Shown one piece after another: positions 1-12,800 of a stretch of DNA of 64,000 bases. This DNA is from Corallochytrium limacisporum Hawaii. Lineage: Eukaryota; Protista; Pluriformea. The notes beneath the pieces are model-generated. The model made no database searches. It was not told where the DNA came from and worked only from the letters and a program-made list of their open reading frames with translations. The number at the start of each line of letters is the position of its first letter. Positions within the stretch are counted from its first letter, which is position 1. The translations under genes were made by a program, and so were the position numbers. The stretch is taken from contig PDIP01000036.1 in NCBI GenBank assembly GCA_002811645.1, positions 186,001 through 250,000 of the forward strand, in the 5' to 3' direction.

Positions 1-845
1 ATGATATTTGCAACTCTGATGTTGTCCATGGTTTGCAGTCTGTGGGGGTGAAGATGATTGCTTTGCGGTGTGCTGGGTTCAACAATGTGGACCTGGCCCT
101 GGCAACCACTTTAGGCATCACCGTGGCTCGGGTACCGGCGTACTCACCATACGCAGTGGCTGAACATGCAGCCACCCTGGCCATGACCTTGAACCGGAAG
201 ATGCATTTGGCTGTTGAACGGGTGAAGAACGGAAACTTTTCCTTGAACGGACTTGTAGGTTTTGATATGCACGGCAGGACAGTGGGTGTGGTTGGCACTG
301 GCAAGATTGGACAGTGCTTTATGGCTATTTGCCAAGGACTGGGGATGGAAATTCTGTGCTATGACAAGTACCCGAATGACAAGGTCAAGGAATACGCAAC
401 CTATGTGGAGCTGGATGACCTGCTGAAGCGCTCAGACATTGTTTCCTTGCATCTTCCCCTGTTCAAGGACACCTACCATCTGATCAACGATGAGTCATTG
501 AAGATGATGAAGGAGAACGCCATCCTGGTCAACACCAGTCGCGGTGCTCTGGTTAATGCCAAGGCTTTGATCAACGCGTTAAAGCGCAAGGGCATCGGCG
601 GTGCTGCTCTGGATGTATACGAAGAGGAAGCGGAATACTTTTTCAAGGACATGTCACGTGCCACTACCATCCAGGACGATGTGCTCGCACGTTTACTTAC
701 CTTCAACAACGTCATTATAACTTCGCACCAAGCTTTCCTGACTACCGATGCTTTGGGTGCCATTGCAAGCACAACCATCGGCAATGTGAGCTCTTTCGCG
801 AGCGGCAACACCTTGACCAAGTGCGAAAATACCCTGAACAAGTAA
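1..845 (+). CDS. ldhA: D-lactate dehydrogenase / D-2-hydroxyacid dehydrogenase (5' end lies outside the window)
   Basis: Frame is open from position 3 (DICNSDVVHGLQSVGVKMIALRCAGFNNVD). Motifs: VPAYSPYAVAEH, Rossmann GVVGTGKIG, NTSRG, LDVYEEE, catalytic TSHQAF. Stop TAA at 843-845. Confidence 0.93.
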   Translation, partial: DICNSDVVHGLQSVGVKMIALRCAGFNNVDLALATTLGITVARVPAYSPYAVAEHAATLAMTLNRKMHLAVERVKNGNFSLNGLVGFDMHGRTVGVVGTGKIGQCFMAICQGLGMEILCYDKYPNDKVKEYATYVELDDLLKRSDIVSLHLPLFKDTYHLINDESLKMMKENAILVNTSRGALVNAKALINALKRKGIGGAALDVYEEEAEYFFKDMSRATTIQDDVLARLLTFNNVIITSHQAFLTTDALGAIASTTIGNVSSFASGNTLTKCENTLNK

Positions 846-915
846 TCGAATCAGAGGTTGTTACCGGTGAACAAAGGTTCTTATTACAGATTTGGTCTAG
901 CATTATATTACCACT

Positions 916-2556
916 CTATACCTTGATATTCTTTACCTGGTGTGAAAGCGTCGTGTACACATAGTGATCCTTTGGCACGATGCGGTTGGTGTATTCCAGA
1001 GCGCCATTGTAAGCCTCGTACATCTTCTTCCGGTACAGTTCCCTGCCCATGCCATGTTCCTTGTCCTTAAGAATGTTTTGCAGAGACCCTGCACGCGTAA
1101 TATAGTAGTTTCTGAGTTCAAGACTCAGCGGAATCCCACCCGCTTCCATGCACTTAATAATCTCATCAGCAGCCTTGTGGCAGCCAACGTAGTCATCCGC
1201 AACGTAAAGGGTTTGCAAAGACTGCACCAACAGATTGAAGCGCATCCAGTGGCCCGGACCCAATTTGGCCATCTCCGGGCTGTCCAGCATCTTTTCCAGC
1301 ATAGCAGAACGGGCCTTAGCGTCTAGGTTTCCTGTCTTTAACTGTAACAGAACATCAAAGACTTTGCTCTCAACGCTTTGGTACTGTATCATATCGACTG
1401 AGTGCTTAGGATTATTGGAGCAGGTCCAGTTTGTGTCGGGCGATTCCCACCGCTTGGACCAAGCTCGGACATCCGGCATGAGATAGGACCCGCAGGTGTC
1501 ACAGATGATGCCAGTCAATCTTACCTCCAAATTGCTGTCCACATCAATAGCCTCGTTCACACAAGCACTGCAATTGCAGACAAAGCCTCGATCCCGTTTC
1601 AGCTCACCCTTGCGAATCTCTTTCGGGGAGAAGAAGTCACAGTAGCTGATTGTCACTTCCTCGCCCTTCTTTATAGGCCGTGCTGCGCGTACCTCCAGCA
1701 CGCCCAACCTACCGGTGGAAACGTGCAAAGCATTGAAGTAACACCCGTGATTTGCCATAGCCACATGGGGAAATAAGCCGATACCGATTACCTTATTGGT
1801 TGCATGGGCCACGTCGATGATACCGTGCGAATTGCTGTTGATGACAGCACACATCTGCAAGCACTGTTTGGTAAGGTCATCATCATTTGGAAGCAATCCA
1901 GCTTCCACAATAGCTGGATTCAGTATTTCAAAGGCCTCTGTGCATGGCTTAACCCAGGGATCAGACTCCTGAGGCTCTGGGGCTTCAAGGGCTTCAATGT
2001 CTGCTTTGGTTGGCCTGATGCACTTGATGCTACCTTCCTCACCAATGTTTTCCTGCTCCTCATTCAGGCCACGGCTTTGCTGCGCTCGCATTCCACGATA
2101 GGCAAGACGAAGCAACATGACATCTGCCGATATCTCTTCACACGTCTTGAGCATCTGGTCAAAGAATTGATGCTCAATTGCATGCTCATCTGTGTGGGCC
2201 TCCCGACAGGAGTCCGAGCAGTACGCTGCTCCGAGCTTGCAGTCGTCACCGCACGGTATGACCTGGGATCCACTGGCGGTAATGCTGTTTACACAGTGTT
2301 CACACATACCGTCTGTTTTCTTCTGCCGGTTGGGTATGCACATATAGGGAGCCTCTCTCAATAGCAGAGTGCCCTCTGGAACACTTTGGGCCGCAATCAA
2401 GCATCTTCCTCTGCTGGGCTTTTTGTATAGCCGGACCAGGCTATTGGAGCTCAGAAGTTGCGGAAAGACGTCCTCATATTCTTTTAGGTCCTCTTCAGTG
2501 ATCGCCTTCTTCTTGTTCTTCTTTCTGCTCTTGCTGGGTTTCTGCGCCTGTACCAT
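916..2556 (-). CDS. SMYD-type SET-MYND lysine methyltransferase
   Basis: Split SET domain: RGRCLIA..., MYND Cys cluster CEHC...CGDDC...YCSDSC...H..H, GLFP..AMANHGC, GEEVTISY, post-SET FVCNCSAC. Intronless, 546 aa. Confidence 0.9.
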   Translation of the reverse strand: MVQAQKPSKSRKKNKKKAITEEDLKEYEDVFPQLLSSNSLVRLYKKPSRGRCLIAAQSVPEGTLLLREAPYMCIPNRQKKTDGMCEHCVNSITASGSQVIPCGDDCKLGAAYCSDSCREAHTDEHAIEHQFFDQMLKTCEEISADVMLLRLAYRGMRAQQSRGLNEEQENIGEEGSIKCIRPTKADIEALEAPEPQESDPWVKPCTEAFEILNPAIVEAGLLPNDDDLTKQCLQMCAVINSNSHGIIDVAHATNKVIGIGLFPHVAMANHGCYFNALHVSTGRLGVLEVRAARPIKKGEEVTISYCDFFSPKEIRKGELKRDRGFVCNCSACVNEAIDVDSNLEVRLTGIICDTCGSYLMPDVRAWSKRWESPDTNWTCSNNPKHSVDMIQYQSVESKVFDVLLQLKTGNLDAKARSAMLEKMLDSPEMAKLGPGHWMRFNLLVQSLQTLYVADDYVGCHKAADEIIKCMEAGGIPLSLELRNYYITRAGSLQNILKDKEHGMGRELYRKKMYEAYNGALEYTNRIVPKDHYVYTTLSHQVKNIKV

Positions 2557-3472
2557 GTTTGCTCCGCTGGCTCATGAGCTTCCCTACTGCAATCTGCAGG
2601 ATCTAACCTTCTCTGCCACGCTCGTTCCATGGTACTGAGTACCTGAACACATTAGCATCCAGAGCACAGAGGCCGGTGAGAACCTTGTGCATTCCTGAAA
2701 TAGAATTCTCGGTTCTAATGGTGACTCCCGATGATGGTCTCATCAGCCTTGCGATTTATCTCTTTGAAGCTTACCAACGCAAACCACCACGGTCGCGCGA
2801 CCCCAGTCCCCCGGATTTCTTTGTGGCTTACAGGTGGTGCAGAGACACGCTCGCTCCAAAAAAGTTGTTGGCGAGCAATCCATTTCTATATATACATTCT
2901 ATTGTGCAGAGGGGGGTCTCTCACTCGTCATCCGCACAAAACGGAAAAGGGAGACCGGGGGTTGAAAAGTGAACAAAAATGATTGCCGCGGAGAAGAAGC
3001 GGGCACATGACCGAGCGGCCCCCCTCTCTCCGTGGTGTTATGGCAAAAAATTGATTATAGTTTATTGATCCATATAAATGACAGGTCCAAGCAAGAGAGG
3101 GAAGGATGGCGGTTCGGGGTGGGGGCGGTTCGAGAATAGTCAAAAATAGGGAGGAGGGCCGCGACGGGGGACACGGAGAGAGGCAGCGAGGGAGCGATGC
3201 GACCAGCCAGACAACGAGGACGAGAGATTGCTGCGGAACGTGAAACCAGAGTGAGCGCACCACAGCATTATTACGCAATTTTGGAGGAAAGGAGGATCGC
3301 AACATGCCCAAGCCATCGTCATCGCCCGCATCCACACACACACTCTCTCTCTCGCACACTCTCACAGAGGAGGGCACTGGGAGGAAGAATCAGTCAGACA
3401 CAGAGAAGAGGCAGGTGACGAGGCGAGTAAAGTCGGGGGAGGCAAGGGCGGGAACGCACGGGGGCCAGCGGC

Positions 3473-3549
3473 GCCCCCCCCCCCCCCCCCCNNNNNNNNN
3501 NNNNNNNNNNNNNNNNNNNNNNNNNNNNNNNNNNNNNNNNNCCCCCCCC
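3473..3549. other. Poly-C tract with scaffold gap (N 3492-3541)
   Basis: Gap flanked by C homopolymers. Other gaps at 18390-18629, 38434-38697, 57057-57138, 57753-57794 and 61451-61505 are likewise bordered by G or C runs. Confidence 0.9.
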
Positions 3550-6500
3550 TTCAACTTCTTCGTCGCTCTCTCCCTCTCTCCGGTGTTCTGACTGCGCGCC
3601 GAGTCTCTCTCTCTCGGAGGAATTTCAAGGCCCAACAACATTCCCTCTTTCCTGGCGGGAGGGTTGCGCAGGAAAGATCTGTGCCTCTTTTGGGGTAGTC
3701 GTGCATACGTAGACACCTGCGAGATACATACAAATTGTACTGTACTACAGGCGATACCTTTTGCATCATGATCCCAGGGAGCAAACAGTGTCGAAAGTGG
3801 GTCGTTGTATGCGAACAACCCAGACTCAGCAGAGAAAGAAAAAAAAGTTGACCAAAAAGAGAATGACAGAGGCAGATTGCCACAGAAACAATATATTAAA
3901 AAAAAAGTGAGGCAGTGGAAGGGCGAAGGAAATGCGTGAATGAGATGGAGGGTGTGACTGTGACCGCCGGGTTGCTGAAGGCCACTCAAAGCGATACAGG
4001 CATGAGCGCGAGTTTGGAGGAGGAGTGATGCAAGAGAGGAAACAGAGAGAATTAGAGAGGACTGGGAGACGAAGGAGAAAAGTAAAGAAAAAATTGTGAC
4101 TGTTTAATTAATTTCCTTCCGGTTCCTCCCTATATTAGTTCTTTACGTAGAGCGTCCCGTGTGGTCGGTCTGTCGCAAGCCTTGGATACTAGACATGTGT
4201 CTCGAACTATAGTACAATATATATATGAATGCGGTCACGTCACCAAACTGGTCCCACATATATGTGCCTCTCTCTCTCTCTCTCTTCCCTTCCGCAAAAG
4301 TGTGTCTGTTGCATATTGCTTCACTCTCGGGTTGGTTCCCTTGCCACTCGGGGCGCCGTTCCTTCCTTCCTTGTTCTCTTCGTAATTTCCCCCTCTCCTT
4401 CCCTTTTCCTTTTTAACTTTGCTTCCCATCCCCCCGTTGTTCTTACGGACCTCACCTTTCTTCCTCGCTTCCTTTACATTCATTTGTCCAACTTCCGGCC
4501 AATGGGCGAGAGGGGTCAACCCCTGCCCGGGCTTCTTTCCACTTTGTACCACCACCGCCCCCTTTCCTTCCTTCGTTTTTTGGGCCTTTCCCGGTCGCAG
4601 TTGTATCATTAGGCGCTCCTCCTGGCTGCGCGGAGGAGAAGGTTCACTGGATACCACCACCTCCACTGGGCACCAAGTCGAAAACCGCTGGTGTTCCTGC
4701 GCAAGACGTTGCATGGACAAAACGGACCATCAGATTGGCACTGTATGCACCGCACCGCTCGGAACGGATGGTCCTGCGCTTCCTCCCCTCCCTCCCCCCC
4801 CCCCCACACACACACCGGGGGCCGCGCGGGACTTCATTATGGTCCATGACCTACCCGGTCTCGCGGCAAGTATTGCATTTCGTGCGTCCGTCGCTCCACG
4901 ATTTGATCGTCCAGGCCCTGCAAATTAGCACCAGCCCCTTCCTCTCTCGCGCTCGTCCGCCCCGCGCCGGTGGGGGGAGGGGGGACCGGTGCTCAAAAAA
5001 AAAAGGGGGGAAGCCGCGGCAATGGCCAAATGAGAACTGCTGGGAATGAAATCTGGGCAATTTAGTTCTGCCTCTGTCTCGTCTCTCTCTGTCTCTGTGT
5101 GCCGCCCCCCTCCCCCCTCTTCCCTCTTTCGTTGCTGCGATATGTGCAAATATTGGCATTCCCCCACTACCAACTTAGGTCCTTATATGTATTGACCAAG
5201 GTTTCACATCTACACCCACAGCCCGGCAATACTAAACGGATGACGAGTTCGTGCCCAAAGGGTGTCCCCGTTGGTACAGCCTATCTATCTGGCAGTCCAG
5301 AGTTCCGTTTTGTCGGATAAAACAAATACGGATTGTGGGATATATAGTAGGGAAGCAGGAACATTACAAGATAAGATGTTCGTATATTTCTTATAGATTA
5401 CATAGCTTCACTATCGATGACAAAGAACGGTAGCATATCGGCAAGGTCTCACAAAGTAAGAACTGCTGCGCGGCCGGCACCAAAGGGGCTGGGCGTGTGT
5501 TGGGAAGGGGGAAAGAAAGGGGGTGTTGCCGATAGAACACAAGAACGGCTGTGTCTGAGTTGGTTAATAGCCATTGAATGCATGCCGTGTTCCTTGTGTC
5601 CCTCCCAATCACACCTACCGCGGTGCCCAAAGAGACGGTACCGTGCAACGGAACGCACAAAGTCGGAAATCGTCTCAATTTCATTCTTCTGCCGAGCGAT
5701 TGGGTGGCGTGCCATGTACTGAATGTTCCTCTGAAATGGCAGCTTCCGTAAACAAGTGACTGAGAAAAGTGGAGAGAATGAATGCCACCCATTTTTTCGG
5801 GTTTTCGATTTTCTGCAGTCATTACTGCGATGGTTGTGAGGGGCGACAACGGGTCTGTTCCCGGCGAGACTGGCTCGGTGATTTCAGTATGATAGTAAAA
5901 TACGGTGTGTTCGGCAACGCCCCCTCCCCGTCGACCCTTCTCTTCGCTTTCTCTTTCTTGTCTAGTGCAGTCTCTGCGACGTCTCTCAGTAGTACGAAGG
6001 AAGGTGGGGACAGAGGAGTCTTTCTGTTCCCCTTTTTGTCACTTTTTGATGCCTAAGGAAGGACATGCGCTGGGATCTCAGTAGTAAACATATGGCATAA
6101 ATTGAGACAGAGGGCACACAGTTTGACCAAGAACGGAAAGAGATGGCCGAAGGACCGGTATTCCCCCCCCCCTTCAACCTCCCTCCCGACCTTTTTGAAC
6201 TGTTTCACTGCCCGTGCCGCCCAGCAGCTATCGAACCCTACCTCACCTCCCCGCGTAAGAGCGCTGGTTGAACGCCGGACTCTTCCATAGAATTACTATG
6301 GCACAAGGACAGCAGCGTGAAGGGGGGACTTGTTCGATACGATACGTTCAAGACGATGGAACAGGAGAGCTCTCTGTCGGGGGCCTTAGCAGGGGGGAGA
6401 CCGTGAGGCGGTCGTAGATGCTGCTTGCTTCATGAACACTGGGTCTTCGATACGTTTCGTTGGCCTTCTGGTGGGTTAGTGTGAGGCTACGATGTATAGT

Positions 6501-6857
6501 CTGTCGTAGGTGGGCCAAACGAGAAGTAAACCTCACACAGGGTGGACTTCGTGGACCAGCTGGTTCATTCAAGGTGATGCGCTCTCCGGTGTTTCGGCAA
6601 GAGTAGTCCACGTATCCATTTGGGTGTATATGAAGGTATTTCGACAATTAGAACGTCCCAATTCAGTCTATTATGATATCAAAATTATGTGTAGTGTGTT
6701 AGTTCGCATACTTATACACAGATTGCGGGAAAGTGTGATAGAAAACAAAATTATTAATCGAAATGAAGGTTAAGGTTCGGCAGCTGTCATGATTCGGTAG
6801 AACACAGATCGGGAGACTCCCTGTTGAGGGAATCCCTCCGACCTAGAATACTTCAAA

Positions 6858-9800
6858 ATGACTGAAAGACCTCCATCATTACGGCTCTCTGAGCTTGATG
6901 ATATTGAGGAGGGCATGCTACCGAGCACAACGCGGGGCTCGGGATCGCGCCGTACGGATTCGGGCGAGATATCAATAGCTCAATTGCGGTGGCCGAGTGG
7001 AGCTCGTGCCTCAGCATCGCGCAGAACAAGTTCAGGAGACAATCTAGCCGCCCATGTACGGTTAAGGGCGTCTACGATATCGACACAATCTCAGACAGAT
7101 GCTGTTGAGGTAGACAAACCGTCGTTCATTCGCGGGCCGAATAGAGTTGCTGCCCGAATGAAAGCAGCTTTCCAAGAAGCTACAGCAGCACCAGAACCAG
7201 GAAACAGTAGTCCACAAGGTGGAGAAAGGGATGAGCTCCGAGGAACATTTTTAAATTTGAATCGACTGACAGTAGATCGACTCAATACTTCTCGCGGGAG
7301 CCAGCTCAAAAATTCTTTGTACTATACACGACGGGACACGGCTAGAACCAGCTCTGGCGCACATGCCAATGAAGCTCTTGCGACACCAAGTCGGACGTCA
7401 ATGTCGTCAAGACACTCGATCCTTGAACCAGAGGATTCCGAAGAAATCATAGAAATGGGAAGACCCTCGCTGCGGGCAGCGCTTGGAGCGGAAAATGTGC
7501 AAACGACAGAAAAGACGGCAAACAGGTTCGATCTTAGCATTCAGAGGTATTTCCAAAATGAAGCGGCACAGCTTTTGACTTTTGTGATGATCTTCCTGAG
7601 CTTGATTGCACTAGCGTGTACCACTCAGGACTTTTTTGACGATAACGATTGGGCCAAGCCATTGGTGCTTACTATTGACAGCATTACGGCAGTAATTCTG
7701 ACTGCAGAAATTGCAGCAATCCTTTATGTGCGAAGGAGAGTGCCGATTCTGGTCACATTGATCAAAGTATCGTTTATTCTTGATCTCTTGATCGTAGTTT
7801 CGTATTGGGTGACTATTGCGGCCATGGCAATCAATGATATTTCAGATTATCGGGCTTTCTTTGCGATACGGTCATTTGTTGCATACAGAACCGTCCGCTT
7901 GTTCAAGATTTTCGAAAGTATTAGTCGTGCGCTGGCAAATTCGGCATTGCTGATCGCGAAGGTTGCTGTGTTCTTGGCGATTCTGTACTACATATATGCC
8001 TTGACAGGTTTACTGGCATTGAGGACTGATCTGCTCGAGCACTGTGCAGATAGTACTGAATTCGTGCCTGACACCGAGGATCCTATTCAAACCCTGGTTG
8101 ATTCCTCTTCCATCCCAGCTACGAACTGCCGTGCTGATGGCGGCGGATACAATTGCCCAGGAGTTTTGGATTGCTACAAGGTGGAAGATTCTAATGACTA
8201 CTTCAACTTGGAAAGCTATGATAACATTGGCTTTGCGATTTTGACGGTGTATCAGGGAGCTGCTATGGAGGGTTGGAGTGATGTCATGTACAACCTCATG
8301 GACAGCAGCACTAACGCAGGACTCGTTGCACTGTTCTATACCACAATGATTCTGTTTTTACCGCTGTTGAGTATTAACCTGGTTATTGCGGTAGTCACTG
8401 AGAGTTTTGCACAGGCTCGAGCAAACAAGGGGAAGTCAAGGGAACGAGGAGACTATCTGAATGAGATTGTCGTTGAAGAGAATGGGGCATGGACCTTGAA
8501 GACTACGAAGCCCACGTCTACGGCTCACCCGGCTGTCTATGACATTATGACGGGCAGGCCTATGTCCACTGTAGTCGCTCTGATCTTGGTGGCAGACTTC
8601 GTCATGCTTGCCATCTATGGTGCGCGTGTGGATGAGGATAGCATCGTTAATATTTGGGAGTTGGTGATCAGCAGCATACTTGGGTTGGAAGGGCTCCTGA
8701 AAGCCTACGCGCTCGGCTGGCGTCAGCTGAGGCATGGGCGACCACTCTTTGAGCTTTTCCTGACCATTGGATGTTTTTTGGTCTCGCTGCCTCCCATCTT
8801 CGCAGTCGGGTTCCTTCGCATCGTGTTTGTTCTACGCCAGATTCGCCTGATGTACATTTGGGACCCCCTTTGGCAGCAAGTGCGCAAGGTTGGTGGTGAT
8901 GGCAGCAACCTTCGAAATGTGGTAGGCTTTGTCTTCTTCGTTCTTGGCGTGATTGCTATCTTCATGATGCAGGCCTTTGGCCGGGAATCCCCACAATTCT
9001 TCGGCTCATGGACAGAGTCCTTCAAATCACTGTTCCGCATCGCCTGCGGAGAGGACTGGTTGATCATCTTGTACCAAACTATTGATCAAAGCCCTGCTCC
9101 TCCTGTCACTGCCATCATCATCGTCATCATTCATGCCTTCTGCAATTTCTTGCTGATTAATCTTTTCATTGCCGTCATTCTTGAGAATCTGGAGCTTCCA
9201 GAGGACCTCAAAATTGAGAAACAGGCACAGCTGTACTTGCAATCCATTGCTGGTGTCGAAGCCAAGCAATTCGGAGGCCAACCCACCGACTTCGCTGCGA
9301 AGGTCTTCAGCCGATTGCCCCCTAATCCGAAGACAGTGAAAATCGATGGAGTCCCAACAGCTTTTGTACCTCCAATAAGCAGAAGTTACCTAAAGCGATA
9401 CCTGCAGGGTGATGACTCCAGGCAGCGTATGGCTCTGGACACCGAACTGCAGGCACAGCAGAAACGACTACGAAGCCCGATGAGTCAACTGTCATCGTCC
9501 GCCGTGAGGGGTAGTGATTTGCCCTATGATGTCAATGGCGTCGCAGAAGTACGAAGCGGCATCCCTGCACCTCCTTCAGCAGCGGCGACGGAACGGATGC
9601 TAGATAGTTTCATTGCCGGAGATGTGACTGGCATTGGCAACCGCTCGCAAGCACGTAACTCGGTGCTGAAATCTGTGGAATGGGAAAAGCACTATGGTAA
9701 TGGTCATGCGATTGACATAGACTCGTCAGTTAGCACACCTACCCGCGGGTCAGAAGACAGCAGCAAAGATACAGGTACTGCTGTGCCTCTTGTGAGATCT

Positions 9801-12800
9801 CGAGTGTCTGACGCAACAACCTTGAGTCGTCAAAGCACTGAGAAAATGCTGCAGTCGTCGTCACGGCGCTTGCGGTTCTCTTTTGGCCAGCCTGGAATGA
9901 TTCTCTCGGAGACTAAAGCCACCGGGATCAATGCGCCGCCTAGGCCGACGCTGGAGATGGGCAACTATGGTAACTTTGCGGACGGACTGAACCAAGCCAC
10001 TACCCGGACGCTCAGGAAAACAGATGCCAGCAACACAGAGGCACAGGAAGGATGGATCGACTTAGGGTTTGGAGACCTTGGCGATCAGACCCAGACCAAC
10101 TCTCTGCTGCAGAATGATGCGGATTTCCGTGAGAAGTACCCGTTGTATGACAAGACGTTCTTCATCTTCGGTCCAAACTCGCAAGTGCGAGCATGGGCTA
10201 GAGAGGTGCTAGGACAAGTTGAGACGGATCCAAGATGGGCGGGCAAAGTATGGCTAGGGTTTATGTTGGTGATGACCACAGCATCTTGTGTTGTCATGGT
10301 CTTTGACAAACAAAATGAGTACATTCGGCTGAATGACTTGATATATGGTCCGATTCTCTTGGTGGACTTTGTAATCAACATCATTGCTGATGGTGTTTTC
10401 TTGACACCAAAGGGCTACTTCAGAAACCCTTGGAACATTCTTAACTTTGTAGTTCTGGCCATCACTTTGGTCAGCATGGCGTCGATTCCTTTCCTGAACG
10501 AGGGCACAGCAGCATACAAGACTTTCAGAGTCCTTCGTGCCATTCGGCCATTCCGCCTTCTGACATTGTTGGACGGTGTGAAGCAGGACCTTAAGTTCCT
10601 GGCTCGTGGTATCTATGAGATTGGTACCGTTGCTCTGATCCTGCTTGCATTCATTCTGCTCAGTGCTCTGTATGGCATGCTGCTATTCGGCGGTGAAATG
10701 GACCGATGTAATGACTCGTCCATCACTGTGAGAGAGGATTGCGTTGGGACTTACATTCAAAGTGTTGCCACCCAACCGTTGATTGTGAACGCAGAGCCGC
10801 AAATCGAGCAAATTCTTGCTCCGCGCGCCTGGACGGCACCTGAAGTGTGTGATTTTGACACCTTTGGTGCGGCGTCTCTGTGCGTCTTCGAACTGATCGG
10901 TATCGAAGGCTTTGACAGTGTGGATGATGAACTCGAACGACTTGGAAGTGCATCCTACATCTACATAGTGTTTGTCATTGTAGCAGGAAGCTTTTTCTTC
11001 CTGCGTTTGTTGGTTGGTGTGATTGTCAATAACTTCAACCAGAACAATGGCACCGCACTGCTGACTGTAGAACAGAGGCAATGGATCAATCTCAAGCGGC
11101 AAATGAAATTGATTTCACCTGATCGGACACCGTCACGACCGAAATCGAAATGGAAGCGGAGAGCGTACGACATTTATACCAACGTATGGCTGGCGCGCAC
11201 ATCAATTGCTCTGGTGGTGATGCAGATAGTTGCTCTTTCAACAACTACATCAGGAATTAGCTTGGCACACTTGAAGGCCGTGGAAGTCATCAATCTCTTC
11301 GCATGTGCCTTCTATGTCGCTGAGGAAGTCCTGTCAGTGAGCGCCTTTGGTATAATTGGATACTATCGTAACGCTGCCAAGATTCTGGACCTGTGTGCGG
11401 CATGCGCGGCGGGCGTTGTGTTGATCATTTTCATTTTCACTGCCGGATCTTCCACCGACTTTAGTCTCACTGCGTTCTTGCCGGTGCTGGTACTGAGGAT
11501 TGTCCGCAACATTTTGCGTAGCGAGTACCTTCAAATTATTCTGCGCACCCTGGTAGTGGCAGCTCTGAATCTTGCCTCTATCTTGGTCCTGATGATGGTT
11601 ATCATTTCGTTCTATTCTTACGTTGCTGTCATCTTCTTCGGGTCCACAAAGTTTGGACTGGACTTGAATCGCCAGGCAAATTTCGAAGCCGGGCCCATCA
11701 CACTCCTCACACTCTATCGGATTTTGTCCGGCGAGGACTGGAACTCAGTGATGCGTGATACTTTCCTTCACGGGAACGAATGTACAGACAATGGTCCCAC
11801 AGACACTGACTGCGGTAATCAAACCTTGGCACTGATTTTCTTCATCAGCTACTACCTGATCATGACATACGTGTTTTTGAACATGTTTGTTGCTGTTGTG
11901 ATCGAGAGTTTCAGCCATTTCTTGAGCATTGATGATGAAGCGAGCCTGCAACTGAGTGATTTGTACGCATTCCGTGACAACTGGAGCAAGTTTGATACTG
12001 AGCGCCGCGGCTACATACCCGTGACTTCGGTTCGCAAGTTTCTTACAACGTTGCCCAAGGGTTTGGGTCTCGATGTCAAGAACAACTCCAAGCTCTACCG
12101 CTACATTCATGCGGAGATTGCGTCCGTGTCGACCCGTGATGGGTTGGGGCGCCAGGTTGTGGACTTCCACAAGTTGCTTTATATTCTTGCTGTTAATGCT
12201 GTAGACGTGGTCAAGGCCATGACCATTGAGGAGTACATGAGACGGCAGGAACAGGTACGTTACATCCGTGAGAAGGTAGCTGCAGAGCTTGTTCTGGGTT
12301 ATCTCAAGATGTACGTGTTGCGTCGCCGGTACAAGCAAATGCGCAACATGGCACACATGCTTGAGATGCCGGATGCTCACGCGAACAAATCCTTCCATCC
12401 GCTTGGCCACGATGCCAGTCAACAAGCACATCTCGACGAACTCATCAGTGCTACGTCCGAGGGCCATATCCTGCAACACCAACGCGATTCTGGTGTCCGC
12501 ATGACACCAGGCATAAGTGTCAATGACGAGGCCGCCAGAGATGCCCAAGACAATAGTCTCCGCAACTCGTTGTCAGCAGATGATCCCAAACGTACAAGTC
12601 AGAATGGCAGTGAATTTGGCAACGCGTTCAATCTGGATAGCGTCATTCCATGGTTGCAGGAACCCTCGAGCCCAATATCAGATAACAGCGCCTCCGTCCC
12701 ACAGCTCTCCCGTAACAGTTCACATTCACGGCCGCCGTCGGGAAGTGGCTCCAGGGGAGCCAGCCCGAATCGCCTACAGAGGCCCATAGATGAAACGGCA

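Noticed and set aside
2676-6800. Many short ORFs in the SMYD/NALCN divergent intergenic region
   Set aside because: Low-complexity purine/pyrimidine tracts and microsatellites with no protein motifs; probably promoter or UTR DNA.
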